DNA from: Camelus ferus
Lineage: Eukaryota
Reading direction: 5' to 3'
DNA: 64,000 bases
Assembly: GCF_009834535.1 (NCBI RefSeq)
Contig: NC_045696.1
Location: 44,518,001-44,582,000, forward strand
In this document: piece by piece, positions 52,490-64,000 of the stretch
How positions within the stretch are numbered: the first letter of the stretch is position 1
Layout: each line of letters begins with the position of its first letter
The notes under the pieces: model-generated
Databases searched by the model: none
What the model saw: only the letters and a program-made list of their open reading frames with translations
What the model was told of the DNA's origin: nothing
Made by a program: the position numbers and the translations under genes

Positions 52490-52985
52490 AATTAGGAATA
52501 GGCTAAGCTGTAGATAACAGAAACCCAAAATGACAGTGGCTAAATAAAATATACATACAATCTATCTCATGCAAAAGTCAGAAGTGGGCTACCCAGGAGT
52601 GATAAAGGTATATCTACTACACCAAATCTTTCTATCATGTTGTCCTGTCATCCATGGCCACCATTACCAAAATCATCTCATTGTCTGAGATGGCTGCCCT
52701 TGCTCCAGCCATCATGGCTACATTCCAAGTGTCAGAAAGACAGAAGAGGCAAAATAAATAGAGGTGAATTATACATATGGACCTACTTCGAAGGAAAATG
52801 TCAAAATCTGGTGTATGACACAACTTACCTTATCTTAGACAAAATTTCTTTCCATATCCACACTTGGTTTGCAAAGAAGGCTAGGAAATAGTTATTTTTG
52901 AGGGCAGAAATATCTAGAACTAAAAGTGAAACTCTTGCTAAGGAAGAAGGGGAAAAGGGATATTAAAGAGAATGAACAGTATCTG
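52490..52985 (-). mobile_element. MLT1-like MaLR LTR
   Basis: ggctaagctgtagataacagaaacccaaaatgacagtggct...agatggctgcc...ccagccatca. Confidence 0.7.
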
Positions 52986-53947
52986 ACATGATCCAAGACA
53001 CAGTCCGAAGAGAGTATCTAAATCTTCCTCAAAGCTTTGACTTACAGAACATGAAACTCAGAACACGAGGCTCAGTTATTTCCGCCTTCTGCCCTCTTCC
53101 TCTCTGAGGCACTGAACAAGAGCAAGTCTCCCCCATTAACAGATATAGAAGAAAATTCAGGAGGAAGTGAAGCTTAAATTAGCATCTGAAGTATTATGGA
53201 ATTATATATGTCAAGTAGCTGATTTAATAAGTACTCAATGAGAGGTATTCATTACAAATTATTATACAAAGGGACAAGATACTTTTTGAAATCTGCATAA
53301 TGATGTCACATTACCCTCCTCAAATTCTCCTTGGTATACTGTTATTATTATTTTATATTTAACTCTAAAGGGGAAAAAATCAATGAATGAATATATAACT
53401 GAAGACTCATAAAATTCCCTTTCATAGGCACATCTACACATCATCTATAGAACATCAGAACATATCATTATTTTTGTTCATTTTATTAAATATCAATACA
53501 ATCAACACATGTATTAATGTTAATGACAACATGATAAAGTGAAAAAAACCCTGGACTGGGAATTGCTAATTAGTGACTAAAGAAAGTAGTCATATAGCTT
53601 TTAGTTATTAGCCCTCTGACCTTGGGCAAGTAATTTTCTTTTAATTTCCTCTATGTTATAGCAAAAGTAATATGTGCTGAGAAAATTTACACAGAGGTAT
53701 AGACTTTTTTTAAGTTAACAATCTTTCCTCACCTACCCCATTCTCAATGCTCAGACACAAATTATATTAATATCTTCATGCATAGCTGTCCATGCTTTTC
53801 TTCTTAGGTAATACAAATATGCACAAATATATTTTTTAAACACATTGGCAGTGATTGTGCATTATTTCTACTGAAAATAAAAGAAGGAATTGATTGTATT
53901 TGATTTTCTCACAAATACACTTTTGTCAACCTTCCAGAAATATGTAC

Positions 53948-54585
53948 ATAGTAGATTCTCATTATTCATGGCAGTTACATTCCATAAGGTCACCCTGAAT
54001 GTTGCTTTAGCTAATACTGAATCATTGTCCCAGGTGAAATACAGGTTAGGTTACTTAAAGCCTCTAGCCACAAAATTTTCATCCATCAATCAGTATATAA
54101 CCTTGCCTTATGTCTGTTTCTATTTAAACACATCTTATTTAATATATACGTTAGTGATTCATTAGCACTGAACTCACAGACAACAGCACTGTAACTCATG
54201 ACGGAAGTCTATCTAACACAAGGACTTTCTCCATAAAATGTCAACCTTTCAACCTTCTTGCCCCTGGGAACCCTACACAGCACTACTGCACTATACGTGG
54301 GGGCAATTTAAACAGCGAAATCAATATACAGCACAAATACACAAAAAACATGGCACTACACAGACCACAAAAAGGACACTTTTAACAGTGTAAGTTTAAA
54401 CAAGAAGGCAGAACAACCCTCTAATTCAATGTCAGCTAGAAATATGTGCATTGGGCAATTCAAAGTTTTCACTGATCTTCACATGCACGTGTCCACAAAT
54501 GATGTGAGCATGTCATGAGTATTGATTAGGGTGTTATAAATAAATTTTAGCAAGTAGGAGAATTCACAAATACTAAGTTGACTGT
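53948..54585. mobile_element. MER82-like Tigger DNA transposon
   Basis: tagtagattctcattattcatggcagttacattccataagg...ttgactg termini. Confidence 0.75.
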
Positions 54586-56714
54586 GTATAGTTTATCCTC
54601 ATTATTCTTACATTCTATATTATACACACACACATAAGTAGAATTAACTCATATTTTAATGAGTATAACATCTCACAGTATGAGTGCACTACATTCAAGT
54701 GCAGTTGAATACATGTTTCCACCATGTCAATACTCCCTTTTGAACATTCAGGTTGATTCCAACTATTTTACCATTATAAGCAACGCTGTAATAAATATCC
54801 ATGTACATTTATCCTCAAAATATTCATATTTATAGAGATTTATGGAAAGTGTCATTGCTTGATAAAAACCATCATATATTATTTTATTTGAGTAGATAAG
54901 TCTTTAAAAATAACTTTCCAATTGATTCTCCTACTGAAAATATATAAAAGTATCAATTGAGAGAAATATTACTAATGCTAGTTTTTTATAAAAACATATT
55001 GATTTCTCAGAATTGTAATAGAGAAAATGTGTGGAAAACATAATATATATTTAAGTTCTACTTGTTTACTCACTTGAAATTGTATCCTGAGTATTAAATT
55101 GAAATAGTTAACCAATAATTAACCATTTTAATAGTCCATCATATTATTTACATTTATTATTAGATCTTTCTGAATTTTTTCTGTAAGAGATTAGTAAATT
55201 TTCCTTTATATATTTTGTTGAATTATTCCACATATTTTTATTTTGAAGGGATAAAATTTTCCCAGAAACACCTCTCATAGCCAAATAATAATCAAACATG
55301 TAATTGAATATACCACAATATCTTTATACTTCCCTACTATTAGACATTTAATTTTTCCCAAATATTATTTTCAATTAACCTATTGCTGTATAATTTTTAT
55401 AAAATAGGCTGAACTCATTTAAAGAGTACCATTTAATGAATTTTGAAAATCATATACTCTCATAAAACCATTACCACAGCCAAGATACAGAACATTGCCT
55501 TTTTCCTAAAAGCATTCTCTCATTTTCAGTCAATTCCTTCCTTCACCCCAGGACTTCAGAATAACAATACTCTGCTTACTGTCACTGAAATCAGTTTACA
55601 TTTTCTAGAATTTTGTATAAATGGAATTATATAGTATGTTGAGATTTATATGTGTTGTATGTATTAATAGCCTCATATATATATTTTATTGCTGAATAGT
55701 ATTCCATTGCTTAGATACAGAACTATCATTCTGATATCCACTTAACATAGTGATGGACAACTGAGTGTTTTTCATTTGGGGTCTATTTTGAATTAAGCTG
55801 CTGTGAATACTGATGTACAAGTCTTTATGTGGTCATATGATTTTATTTTGGACTTATAGGAAGGTATGATATGTATATGTTTATAAGGAAACTATTAGTT
55901 TTCCAAATTGCTTGTGTCCTTTCCCTTTCCCACCAGAAGTTTATGAGAGTTTCAGTTTGTCTGTATCTTCACCAACCTTACTATTGTTAGAGTTTTTAGT
56001 TATAACTCTTAATAATACCTAACTGGTATTTGATTGTGGTTTTAATTTGTACTTTCCAAATGACTAATGAAGCTGAGCATTTTTCACATGCTTATTGGCC
56101 ATTTCTTCTTTTGGGAAATGCTCATTTAAATTTTTTGCCTAGTTTTTATTAGGTTGTTTTTTTAGTTTTGTGTTGAGAATTCTTCACATAGTCTTTACAC
56201 AAGTTTTTTGCCAGATAAGTGTATCAGGAATATTTTCTTTCCTTTTGTGGCTTGTCTTTTCACTTCTGTAATTATGTCTTTCAAAGACCATTTTTTAAAT
56301 TTTTTAAAAATAACATCCAGTTTATCATTGTGTCCTTTATGGTTTATGCTTTTTGAGTTCTGTATTAGAAATATTTGCTTGCCCTCTTTCTTTTTCTGGA
56401 AGTTTTATAGTTTTGACGCTTACATTTAGGCCTATGCTCCTATTCAAATTAATATTTGTGGATGGTATGAGGTAAGCGGTAAAGTTGATTATTTTTATCA
56501 ATATCCACATGTTCCATAACTACTTTTTTAATAAAGAATTCCCTTCCTCATTGAATTGCTTTAGCACTTCTCTCAAAAATCTATTTACTGTACATGTGTG
56601 GATTTGTCTTTGGACTCTGTTCTGTTCAATTGATCTGTATTTATTCTGTTACCAGTACCACATTTATTTTGATTATTGTAGCATTAATATGTCTTGAAAT
56701 CAGGTATCACGAGT

Positions 56715-57630
56715 TGTAATATCGTGAGTTATAATAATAAGTGTGCATTTAGTCGTCCTCCCCGGTTTCTGGCAAAGAGCCCCTAAAACCCTTGGAATGC
56801 CCCAAGTTAGAAGAACAGCAGGGAGAACCTTTTGTTATAATGTTTGTTCTTTTGTCCTCAGTTCTTAAGCCATAAAGGTGAAATGGGTGTTTTGTTATTC
56901 ATAAGCCCATATTTTACAACCATAACTGAGTTTATATTAATGAGGTGACTTTTGGAAGTTGTCTAAGATGTAGGGTGCTAGTTGCCAGTGGAGCCAAGCA
57001 TGTGACAAGAGGGTTGGAACTTTCTGTTCCACCACACACAAAAACCCACCTTCTAGGTGGGGAGAGGGGCTGGAGATTGAGTTCAATCACCAATGACCAA
57101 TGATTTCATCAATCATGCTATGTAATAAAGCCTCCATAAAACCCCCAAAGGATAGGGTTGGAAGAGCTTCCGGGTTGGTGAATATGTGGAGATCTGGGGA
57201 GAGCAGCGTGTTCCTAGAAGGCATGGAAGCTCCATAACCTTTCCTCATACCTAATGCTATGCATCCCTTCCATCTGGCTGTTCCTCTGTTAATATCTTTC
57301 CATAATAAACTGGCAATCTAGTAACTAAAAGGTTTCTCTGAGTTCTCTGAGCAGCTCTAGCAAATTAATTGAACCCGATGAGGGGGTTGTTGGAACCTCC
57401 AATCTATAGCCTAACTATCAGAAGCCCAGGTAACAACTTACACTTTGAAAAGATGTCTGAATTGGGGTGGGGTGGGGCTCAGGTTGTAGGACTAAGCCCT
57501 TAATCTGTGGAATCTGACGCTGTCTTCGGGTAGAAAGTGTCAGAATTGAGTTGAACTGTGGGAAACCCAGCTGGTATCTCAGAGAACTGCTTTGTTGGGG
57601 GGAACCACCCACACATATTGTAATTGGTGT
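56715..57630. mobile_element. MER21-like LTR nested in L1
   Basis: tgtaatatcgtgag...ggtttctggcaaagagcccctaaaacccttggaat...cataataaactgg. Confidence 0.75.
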
Positions 57631-58557
57631 CCAAAACCCTTCTGTAAGTCCTCTAACTTTGTTCTCCTTTGTAAATTGTTTTGTCTATTTTAGAACATTT
57701 GCATTTACATATATACTTTTAAATCATCCTGTCAAAATTGGCTTGCACTTCAGTCTTATTTCTTCATTTTCAATCCATATGCCTTTTATTTATCCTTGAC
57801 TTACTGACATTTCTAGGATCTCCACTAGAAAGGCTGATATTTTTGCCTAGCTCCCAATCCTAGGGGGAAAACTCAGCCTTCATCATTAAGTATAATACTA
57901 GCTACAGAATTTCCACCAATGTCCTTTATAAGGTCGAGAAAATTTCTTTCAATTGTCAGCTTGCCAAAAGTTTGTCTCCAGAATACACATAGATTTTTCT
58001 CTAATGCTTTTTTAAAATATATTAGCTTTTTTATGTATAGCTGGGTTTGATTTGCAATTATTTTGTTAGATTTCTGTATGTTTAAGAGGAACATTAATTT
58101 ATCATTTTCTTTTCTTGAAATATCTTTGTGTGGTTTTGGTATCATATCAGTGTGATGTAGTCCTCATAAAACTCACTCCCTGGAATGTACTCAACTCCTC
58201 TATTTTCTGAAATAATTTACATAGGATTGATATTATTTCTTTCTGAAATATTTTTCAGAATTCACCAGTAAAACCCTCTGGGTCTGAGACTCGTTTATAG
58301 GGAAGTTTTTAATTATGAATAAAATAGTACATTAGAGGTATTCTGAAATTTTATTTCTTCCACTGTCAGTTTTTGTCATTTTTATCTTCTGAAGACTTTT
58401 GCCAGTTCAACTAAGTTGTAAAGTTGATTATATAAAGTCTTTAATAATATATGTACGCATTATTCTTTTTAACATTTTAAGACCTCTGTTAGCACCCCTC
58501 TTTCATTCCTGATCCTGATAATATGGCCTTCCCTTTTTAACTGTGGTCAGTCTTTTA

Positions 58558-58765
58558 GAGGGGATGGCAAACCACAATCAGTGGACAAAACTGTCTCACT
58601 GTTTTTGTATAACCCATAAGCTAAAAAGGGCTTTTATATTTTTAAATATTTGAAAAAAAGACAAAAGTTGAATAATATTCCATCATACCACAAAATTGTA
58701 TAAAATTCAAATTTCACTCTCAATAATAATAAGCAACATTTTATTGGAATACACCTGTGCATATT
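58558..58765. mobile_element. MER58-like hAT fragment
   Basis: ggggatggcaaacc...cccataagctaaaaa...aaattcaaatttca. Confidence 0.6.
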
Positions 58766-59085
58766 TTCTCCTCTTTTTCTGCCTTTGTAAGGGAGAATCA
58801 CTAGTCACTGAATTTCTTGTTTTCTAACATTGGCATTTAAAAATATAGACTTCCCTCTAAGCCGAGATAAGCTGCAGTGTACAAATTTGGAAATATTGTA
58901 TTTTCATTTTTATTCAATTTTAATTATTTTCAAATTCTTTTTTAAAAAGAAAGTAAATCAGAGAAATCCATTCTATTATATATGAGCATATGGCAAAGTT
59001 ATAATAATTTTAAAAGAGTAGAATTGATTAATTAATGATAAGGTTATACACAATGCAATAAAGGGCAAATTAGATTTGGTCAATG

Positions 59086-59690
59086 GTGTATTAAAAGTCT
59101 ACTGTCGAATAACAAACTACCTTAACATTAGTGGCTTAAAACAATAAAAATTTATTATCTCAATTTCTGTACCAGAAATCCAGTTTGGCAGAGTCCTTGC
59201 AGTCAGAGTCTCTCATAAGGCTATAGATAAAGTGTTGGCCAGGGTCAAGGTCATCTTAAGACTCCACTGAGGGGAAATCTACTTCCAAGCTCGCCCCCTT
59301 GGCTGTTGGCAGGCCTCAGATCTACTTCCAAGCTCTCTTATGTGGCTGTTGACAGTCCTCAAACCCTTACTGGCTGTTGGTTAGATCTAGACTTTATTCC
59401 CTTGTCATATAGCCCTCTCCTCTCCAACGGGTAGTTCACAACATGGCAGCTTGTTTCCCCAAAGTGAAAGAAGGAAAAAGCAAAAGAGAGAGCAAACAAC
59501 ACAGAAGTCACAGTATTATTGTAACCCAACCTCACAAGTGATATCCCATCAGTTTTGCCATAATCTGTTGATTAAAAGCAAGTCACCGGGTAGAGCCAGC
59601 CCACTCTTAATGGAAGGCGATTACACAAAGGTGTGAATACCATGAAGCAGGGGTCACTAGAGGCCATTCAAAACTGCTGCCAACCACACA
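59086..59690 (-). mobile_element. MLT1F-like MaLR LTR
   Basis: tagtggcttaaaacaataaaaatttattatctc...ggtgtgaataccatgaagcaggggtcactagaggcc...ccaca. Confidence 0.8.
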
Positions 59691-60640
59691 TGGTGCTGAA
59701 AGACGAGTTCAACATACAGAGAAGAGTAAAACTAGATTGCTACCTAACATCATATAAAAAGATGAAATCCAGATGGATTGATAATATACACTGAAAGATA
59801 CAGTAATAAAGTTAGGATTCAATGTAGATTTAAAGATTAGAAAGAACTTTTAACAAAAGTTCAAAAACACAAACTGTAAAGGAAAAAAATAAGTATTTTG
59901 ATAACATCAAAAATAAGGAATACTGTAAAAGACATGATTAAAAAATTAATTACAAGATGAACAAACTGGAGAAGATATTCTTAAATCCTAAGCATACAAG
60001 ACATTAATGTGTCAAATATACCAGAAATTTGTCTGAATCAATAAAAATCATGGAATAACTCCAAAAAAATGGCAAGAATATGAAGATACAATTCAAAAAG
60101 AGGAAATCCAAAGGCTGACAACCTAGGAAAAGATGTTCGGATTCATTCTGAGTCCTTGAAATGCAAGTTACAATGAGATAACATTTGAAGTCTCCTAGGT
60201 TTGCAAAAAGAAGAACTCTGAATAAAGCATGAAGTGGAAAGGAAGTGCAGGCGTAGGGACTTTCGCATAGTAGAGAGAGTAATACGGCCAACCAGCAGTA
60301 TTTAGCCATTTAAGTATTTATATACCTTATGGCTCAGCCATCAATTCCTAGTTCTTTATATCCTAAAGTCCTAAAGAAATTCCTTAAGAGGAAATTTATA
60401 AAGGCTTTTCATTTCTAGATTATTTAATTTAGCAGGTAGTTGGAGGATATGTGGCATTCAGCATTGGGAGAGAGAATAGGTACAAATATGGACAATATAT
60501 CCTCATGCAGCATTATGCAAAGTAAGATGGAACAGATTCCATGTTCACATAGCCACATTGAAGGACCTTATAAACACAGAACTGTGTGAAAACAAAAATA
60601 AGGAACAGAATGAAGTATCTAACATAATACACTTTTTAAT
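59691..60640 (+). mobile_element. Old L1 3' fragment
   Basis: tacctaacatcatataaaaagatgaaatccagatggatt...aaatgcaagtt. Confidence 0.6.
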
Positions 60641-61527
60641 ACACTATATTTTATTTCATGCATACACTGTATTTAACATTTAATATTTATTGAACACTTA
60701 TATTGAGTATACTTGTATACATTTTTTTTCCCACATTACTATTTTCTCAATGTTTCTGAGAAATGAGGTTGATGGATCAAAGAGTAGAAAATTTGGAAGT
60801 GTCTCTAGGCACATTGTCAACCTTTTCCGGAACTACGGTTCCAATTGATGTTCCCATCAACTGTGTATGGTAATTCTATCATACTGTAAACATCTGTAAT
60901 TGAATTCTAAGAAATACATTTCCTAATTTGACAAATTTAAATGTTTGAATAAGCACTTTTTTTATTTTTGCATAACTTCATTGGCAACAGTATTTTTCTA
61001 ATTGAACTTTAAAAAATTTAACTGAGTATACTTACATTATATTTAGGTGTTCTGATGTTGAATATATATATAAATTGTTGTATTTTCCTGATGAATTAAT
61101 ACTTTTATCGTTACATAATGTCTTGCTTTGTCCCTTACAACAGTTTTTTAAATTAAAGTCTATTTTATCTAAGTATAGCTACCTCTTTCTTTTTCATTTG
61201 CATATAATTTTTTCCATTCCCTCACTTTTGACCTTTACATTCTTAAATCTAAAATGAATGTCTTCTATACAGCATATAGTTGGGGCTTGTTTTATTACTT
61301 ATCCAGCCATTCTATGTTTTTTGATTGGAGAGTTTAATCATTTATCCGTAAGTACTTATTGATACGGAAGGATTTACTATTGCCATCTTATTGGTCTGTC
61401 TATTTTGCAGGAATTGGTTTGGGGGGAGGTAGGTTAAAGGTCATTAACTGGGATGAGCAAGAGTTAGTAAATGGCTAAGCAGGGATCCATACTTGGGTCT
61501 GTGCCTCTAAAAGTTTTGCTTTAGAAG

Positions 61528-61985
61528 GAGGATTGACAAACTATCGCACACCAGCCAAATTCAGCCCACGGACTGCTTTTGTGTAGCCCTGGAGTAAGAA
61601 TGGTTTTAGCACTTTTAAAAGGTGGGGGGGGGGGAATCAAAAGGAGAAGAAAGTTTCCCAACATGTGAAAATTCTATGAAATTCATATTTCAGGGTACTT
61701 AAAGTTTTATTGGAGCTAAACCACACCCAGTAATTTACATGCTGTCCAAAAGAGACACTACGCCCCATAACACCTAAAATTTTACCATCTGGCCCTTTAC
61801 AGATCTGCTGACTCCTGCTGCAGAGCTTTGCTGCTCAAAGCTTGGTCAGTAGATCATTAGCAAATGGTATCATCTGGGAGTTGACTAGAAAGGCAGAATC
61901 TCAGGTACCACACCAGACCTGTTGTGTCCAAATCTGCATTTTAGCAAGATGATTGGTATGCACCTTTAATTATAAGAAGAATTGT
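61528..61985. mobile_element. MER58B-like plus MER5-like DNA transposons
   Basis: gattgacaaactat...atctggccctttacag; ctgctcaaagcttggtc...gaatctcagg...aatctgcattttagcaagat. Confidence 0.7.
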
Positions 61986-62569
61986 GATACTAGTCTGCTG
62001 TTTTGGCTGAAGAGTTGGAAGAGGGCAAGTCTAGCAACTAGGACATTGGGTGGTTTAAGAGTAGGAGACAGAGGGGGAAGGGTCAGGGTCCACAGACATT
62101 TAAGGAATGTCTGCCATTTGGGTGCACAGGCAGGCACACATTCCTCCCCTCCTACCCCAGGCCTCTGAGATTCCTGCATATAAATATGCAGAGAACAGGA
62201 AGTCATATTCAAGTTAACATGAAATCATTTCTTATTATTTCTAATTTCTTATTATGAAAGTGTGTTTTGCCAAAGCAGATCACAGGATAATTGAATTAGC
62301 CAGTAGTATCCAACCGCCCATCTCCATCCTCAATGTGGACCAAAAAAACAAAACAAAACAAAAAAAAAAACAAAAGACTTCCTGACAAGCAGGAATGCCA
62401 GTTCTGCTAGAATTTGGCCTGAAGCACTGCTATAGGGAAGTTTCTCCAGAGATAGTAGTTCAAATATTTTGTTACAGCATCTTCACAAATGCTAGTTGTG
62501 AATAAGATGATGGAACCTGCATTTCTCCCTCAAAGGTACTCCACAAGGAAATTTGCTATTTGACCACTT

Positions 62570-64000
62570 TCTTTCTTTCTCTTCTTGTAATGAAAACTTT
62601 AAGATTTACTCTCGTAGCAACTTTCAAATGCAAGATACTCTGCTGTTTGTTTTAGTCACCATGCTGTAATCCCCAGAACTTATTTATTTAAAACTCAAAG
62701 TTTGTCCCTTTTGACAATCTTCCCACATTTCACCCATCCCCTAACCCCTTCTCTGGCAGCCACTAATCTGTTCAGTTTTTTTAGATTCTACATCTAAGTG
62801 AGATCACACGGTATTTGACTTTTGTTGCCTTATCTTACTTAGCATACTGCCTTCAAGGTTCATCAGTGTTGTCACAAATGGCAGAAATTCCTTCTTTTTA
62901 TGGCTGAGAAATATTCATATATATAATGTATATATGTAATGTAGACACACACACACATTTGCTTTATTCATTTATCTTTTGAGGGACACTTAGGTTGTTT
63001 CCATGTCTTGAGTATTGAAAACAATGCTGCAATGAATACTGGGGTGCAGATAATTTTTAGAAATAGTAATTTCTTTTCCTTCAGATATATACCCAGAAGT
63101 GGAATTGCTGGATCATGTGGTGGTTCTATTTTTAATTTTTTTGAGGAAACTCCATACTGTTTTCCATAGTGTCTGCACCAATTTACATTCCCACCAATAG
63201 TGGACAAGTGTTCTCTTTTCTCCAGATTCTCACCAAAACTTCTCATCTCTTGACTTTTTAATAATAACCACTCTAACAAGTGTGAAGTGATATCTCATTG
63301 TGGTTTGATTTGCATTTCCTTGGTGATTAGTGATTTCAGCACTTGTTCATATATATTGTTGGCCATTTGCATGTCCTCTTTAGAATAATGCCTATTCAGT
63401 TCTTCTTTTTAATTGGATTACATTTTGTTGTTGTTGTTGTTATTGAGTTGTATGAGTTCTTTATATATTTTGGGTATTATCCCCTTATCAGATCTATGAT
63501 TTGCAAATATTTTCTTTCATTCCTAAAATGCCAGGATATTGGGTGTAAACTCCATCCTTTTCCCATTCTTTCTCAGGAAAAGATTCTGGGTTGTATGCCT
63601 TTCCCTATTCTGCACAGCTGTGCTGGCTGCTCAGAGCCACCCAGGCCTTTTCCCGAGAATAATACACTGAAATGCCATGTTGTCAGAAGCAAGATTCACT
63701 TCTCTCCCTACCTCTTGAAAGAGACATCTCAGGATTGCTCATCTTCTCTCTATCCCACAGAATCATGCTGGTTGCAGAAAGCCAATCACTCCCTCTCCCT
63801 AGGGGAGTGCACTAAAATGCAGTGAAGCTGGGTGGGAGCTCCATCCTTCTTCCCTCTCCCTGCAGCAGAAGCCTCAGGATGTACACCTACCCTCAGTCCT
63901 GCAAAGCCCTGCAGTCTGCCAAGATCCACCCACTCCTCTTTTGTTGGGGAGCGGACTGGGATGCCAGGAGGTGGGGTGCAATGCCACTCTCTCTTTCCTT
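62570..64000 (-). mobile_element. L1 (L1MA-like) 3' end/ORF2 C-terminus joined to an L1 5'UTR-like segment
   Basis: Supplied ORF 62968..63279(-) HDPAIPLLGIY...CTPVFIAALF..KTWKQPKCP matches the L1 ORF2 C-terminal region. Confidence 0.9.

Larger units (their letters stand above)
54620..58950 (-). mobile_element. Old L1 (L1M) 3' fragments
   Basis: T-rich reverse L1 motifs (ttgctgaatagtattccattg; ttttaatttgtactttcc; ttgattattgtagc). Confidence 0.75.

Noticed and set aside
62968..63825. 103-aa and 160-aa ORFs
   Set aside because: L1 ORF2 C-terminal fragment and its antisense reading; not host genes.
1..64000. CRISPR arrays, rRNA or prokaryotic systems
   Set aside because: Mammalian repeat landscape; no regularly spaced repeat-spacer structure or operon-like ORFs.

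Overview
AT-rich mammalian genomic DNA, most likely from a camelid: three tRNA-Ala-derived SINEs resemble the Vic-1 family. I find no intact protein-coding gene; the supplied ORFs are mostly chance or repeat-derived. A large share of the window is old repeats (L2, MIR, L1, MaLR/ERVL/ERV1 LTRs, MER5/MER58/MER82). The main result comes from manual reading of the minus strand. About 19 candidate exon remnants lie between ~48.9 kb and ~10.06 kb, most with AG...GT boundaries. Their translations, broken by stops and frameshifts, repeatedly show CABIT-domain (THEMIS/GAREM-type) motifs in the expected order. This suggests a long-decayed unitary pseudogene with about 5-6 tandem CABIT-like domains. The family call rests on by-eye comparison with recalled GAREM1/THEMIS sequences and needs an HMM check. 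Downstream, a CpG-containing minus-strand promoter and first exon (~6.82-6.98 kb) lead to a second, apparently more recently disabled ORF exon (3727-3932). Repeat family names and boundaries are by eye and approximate.
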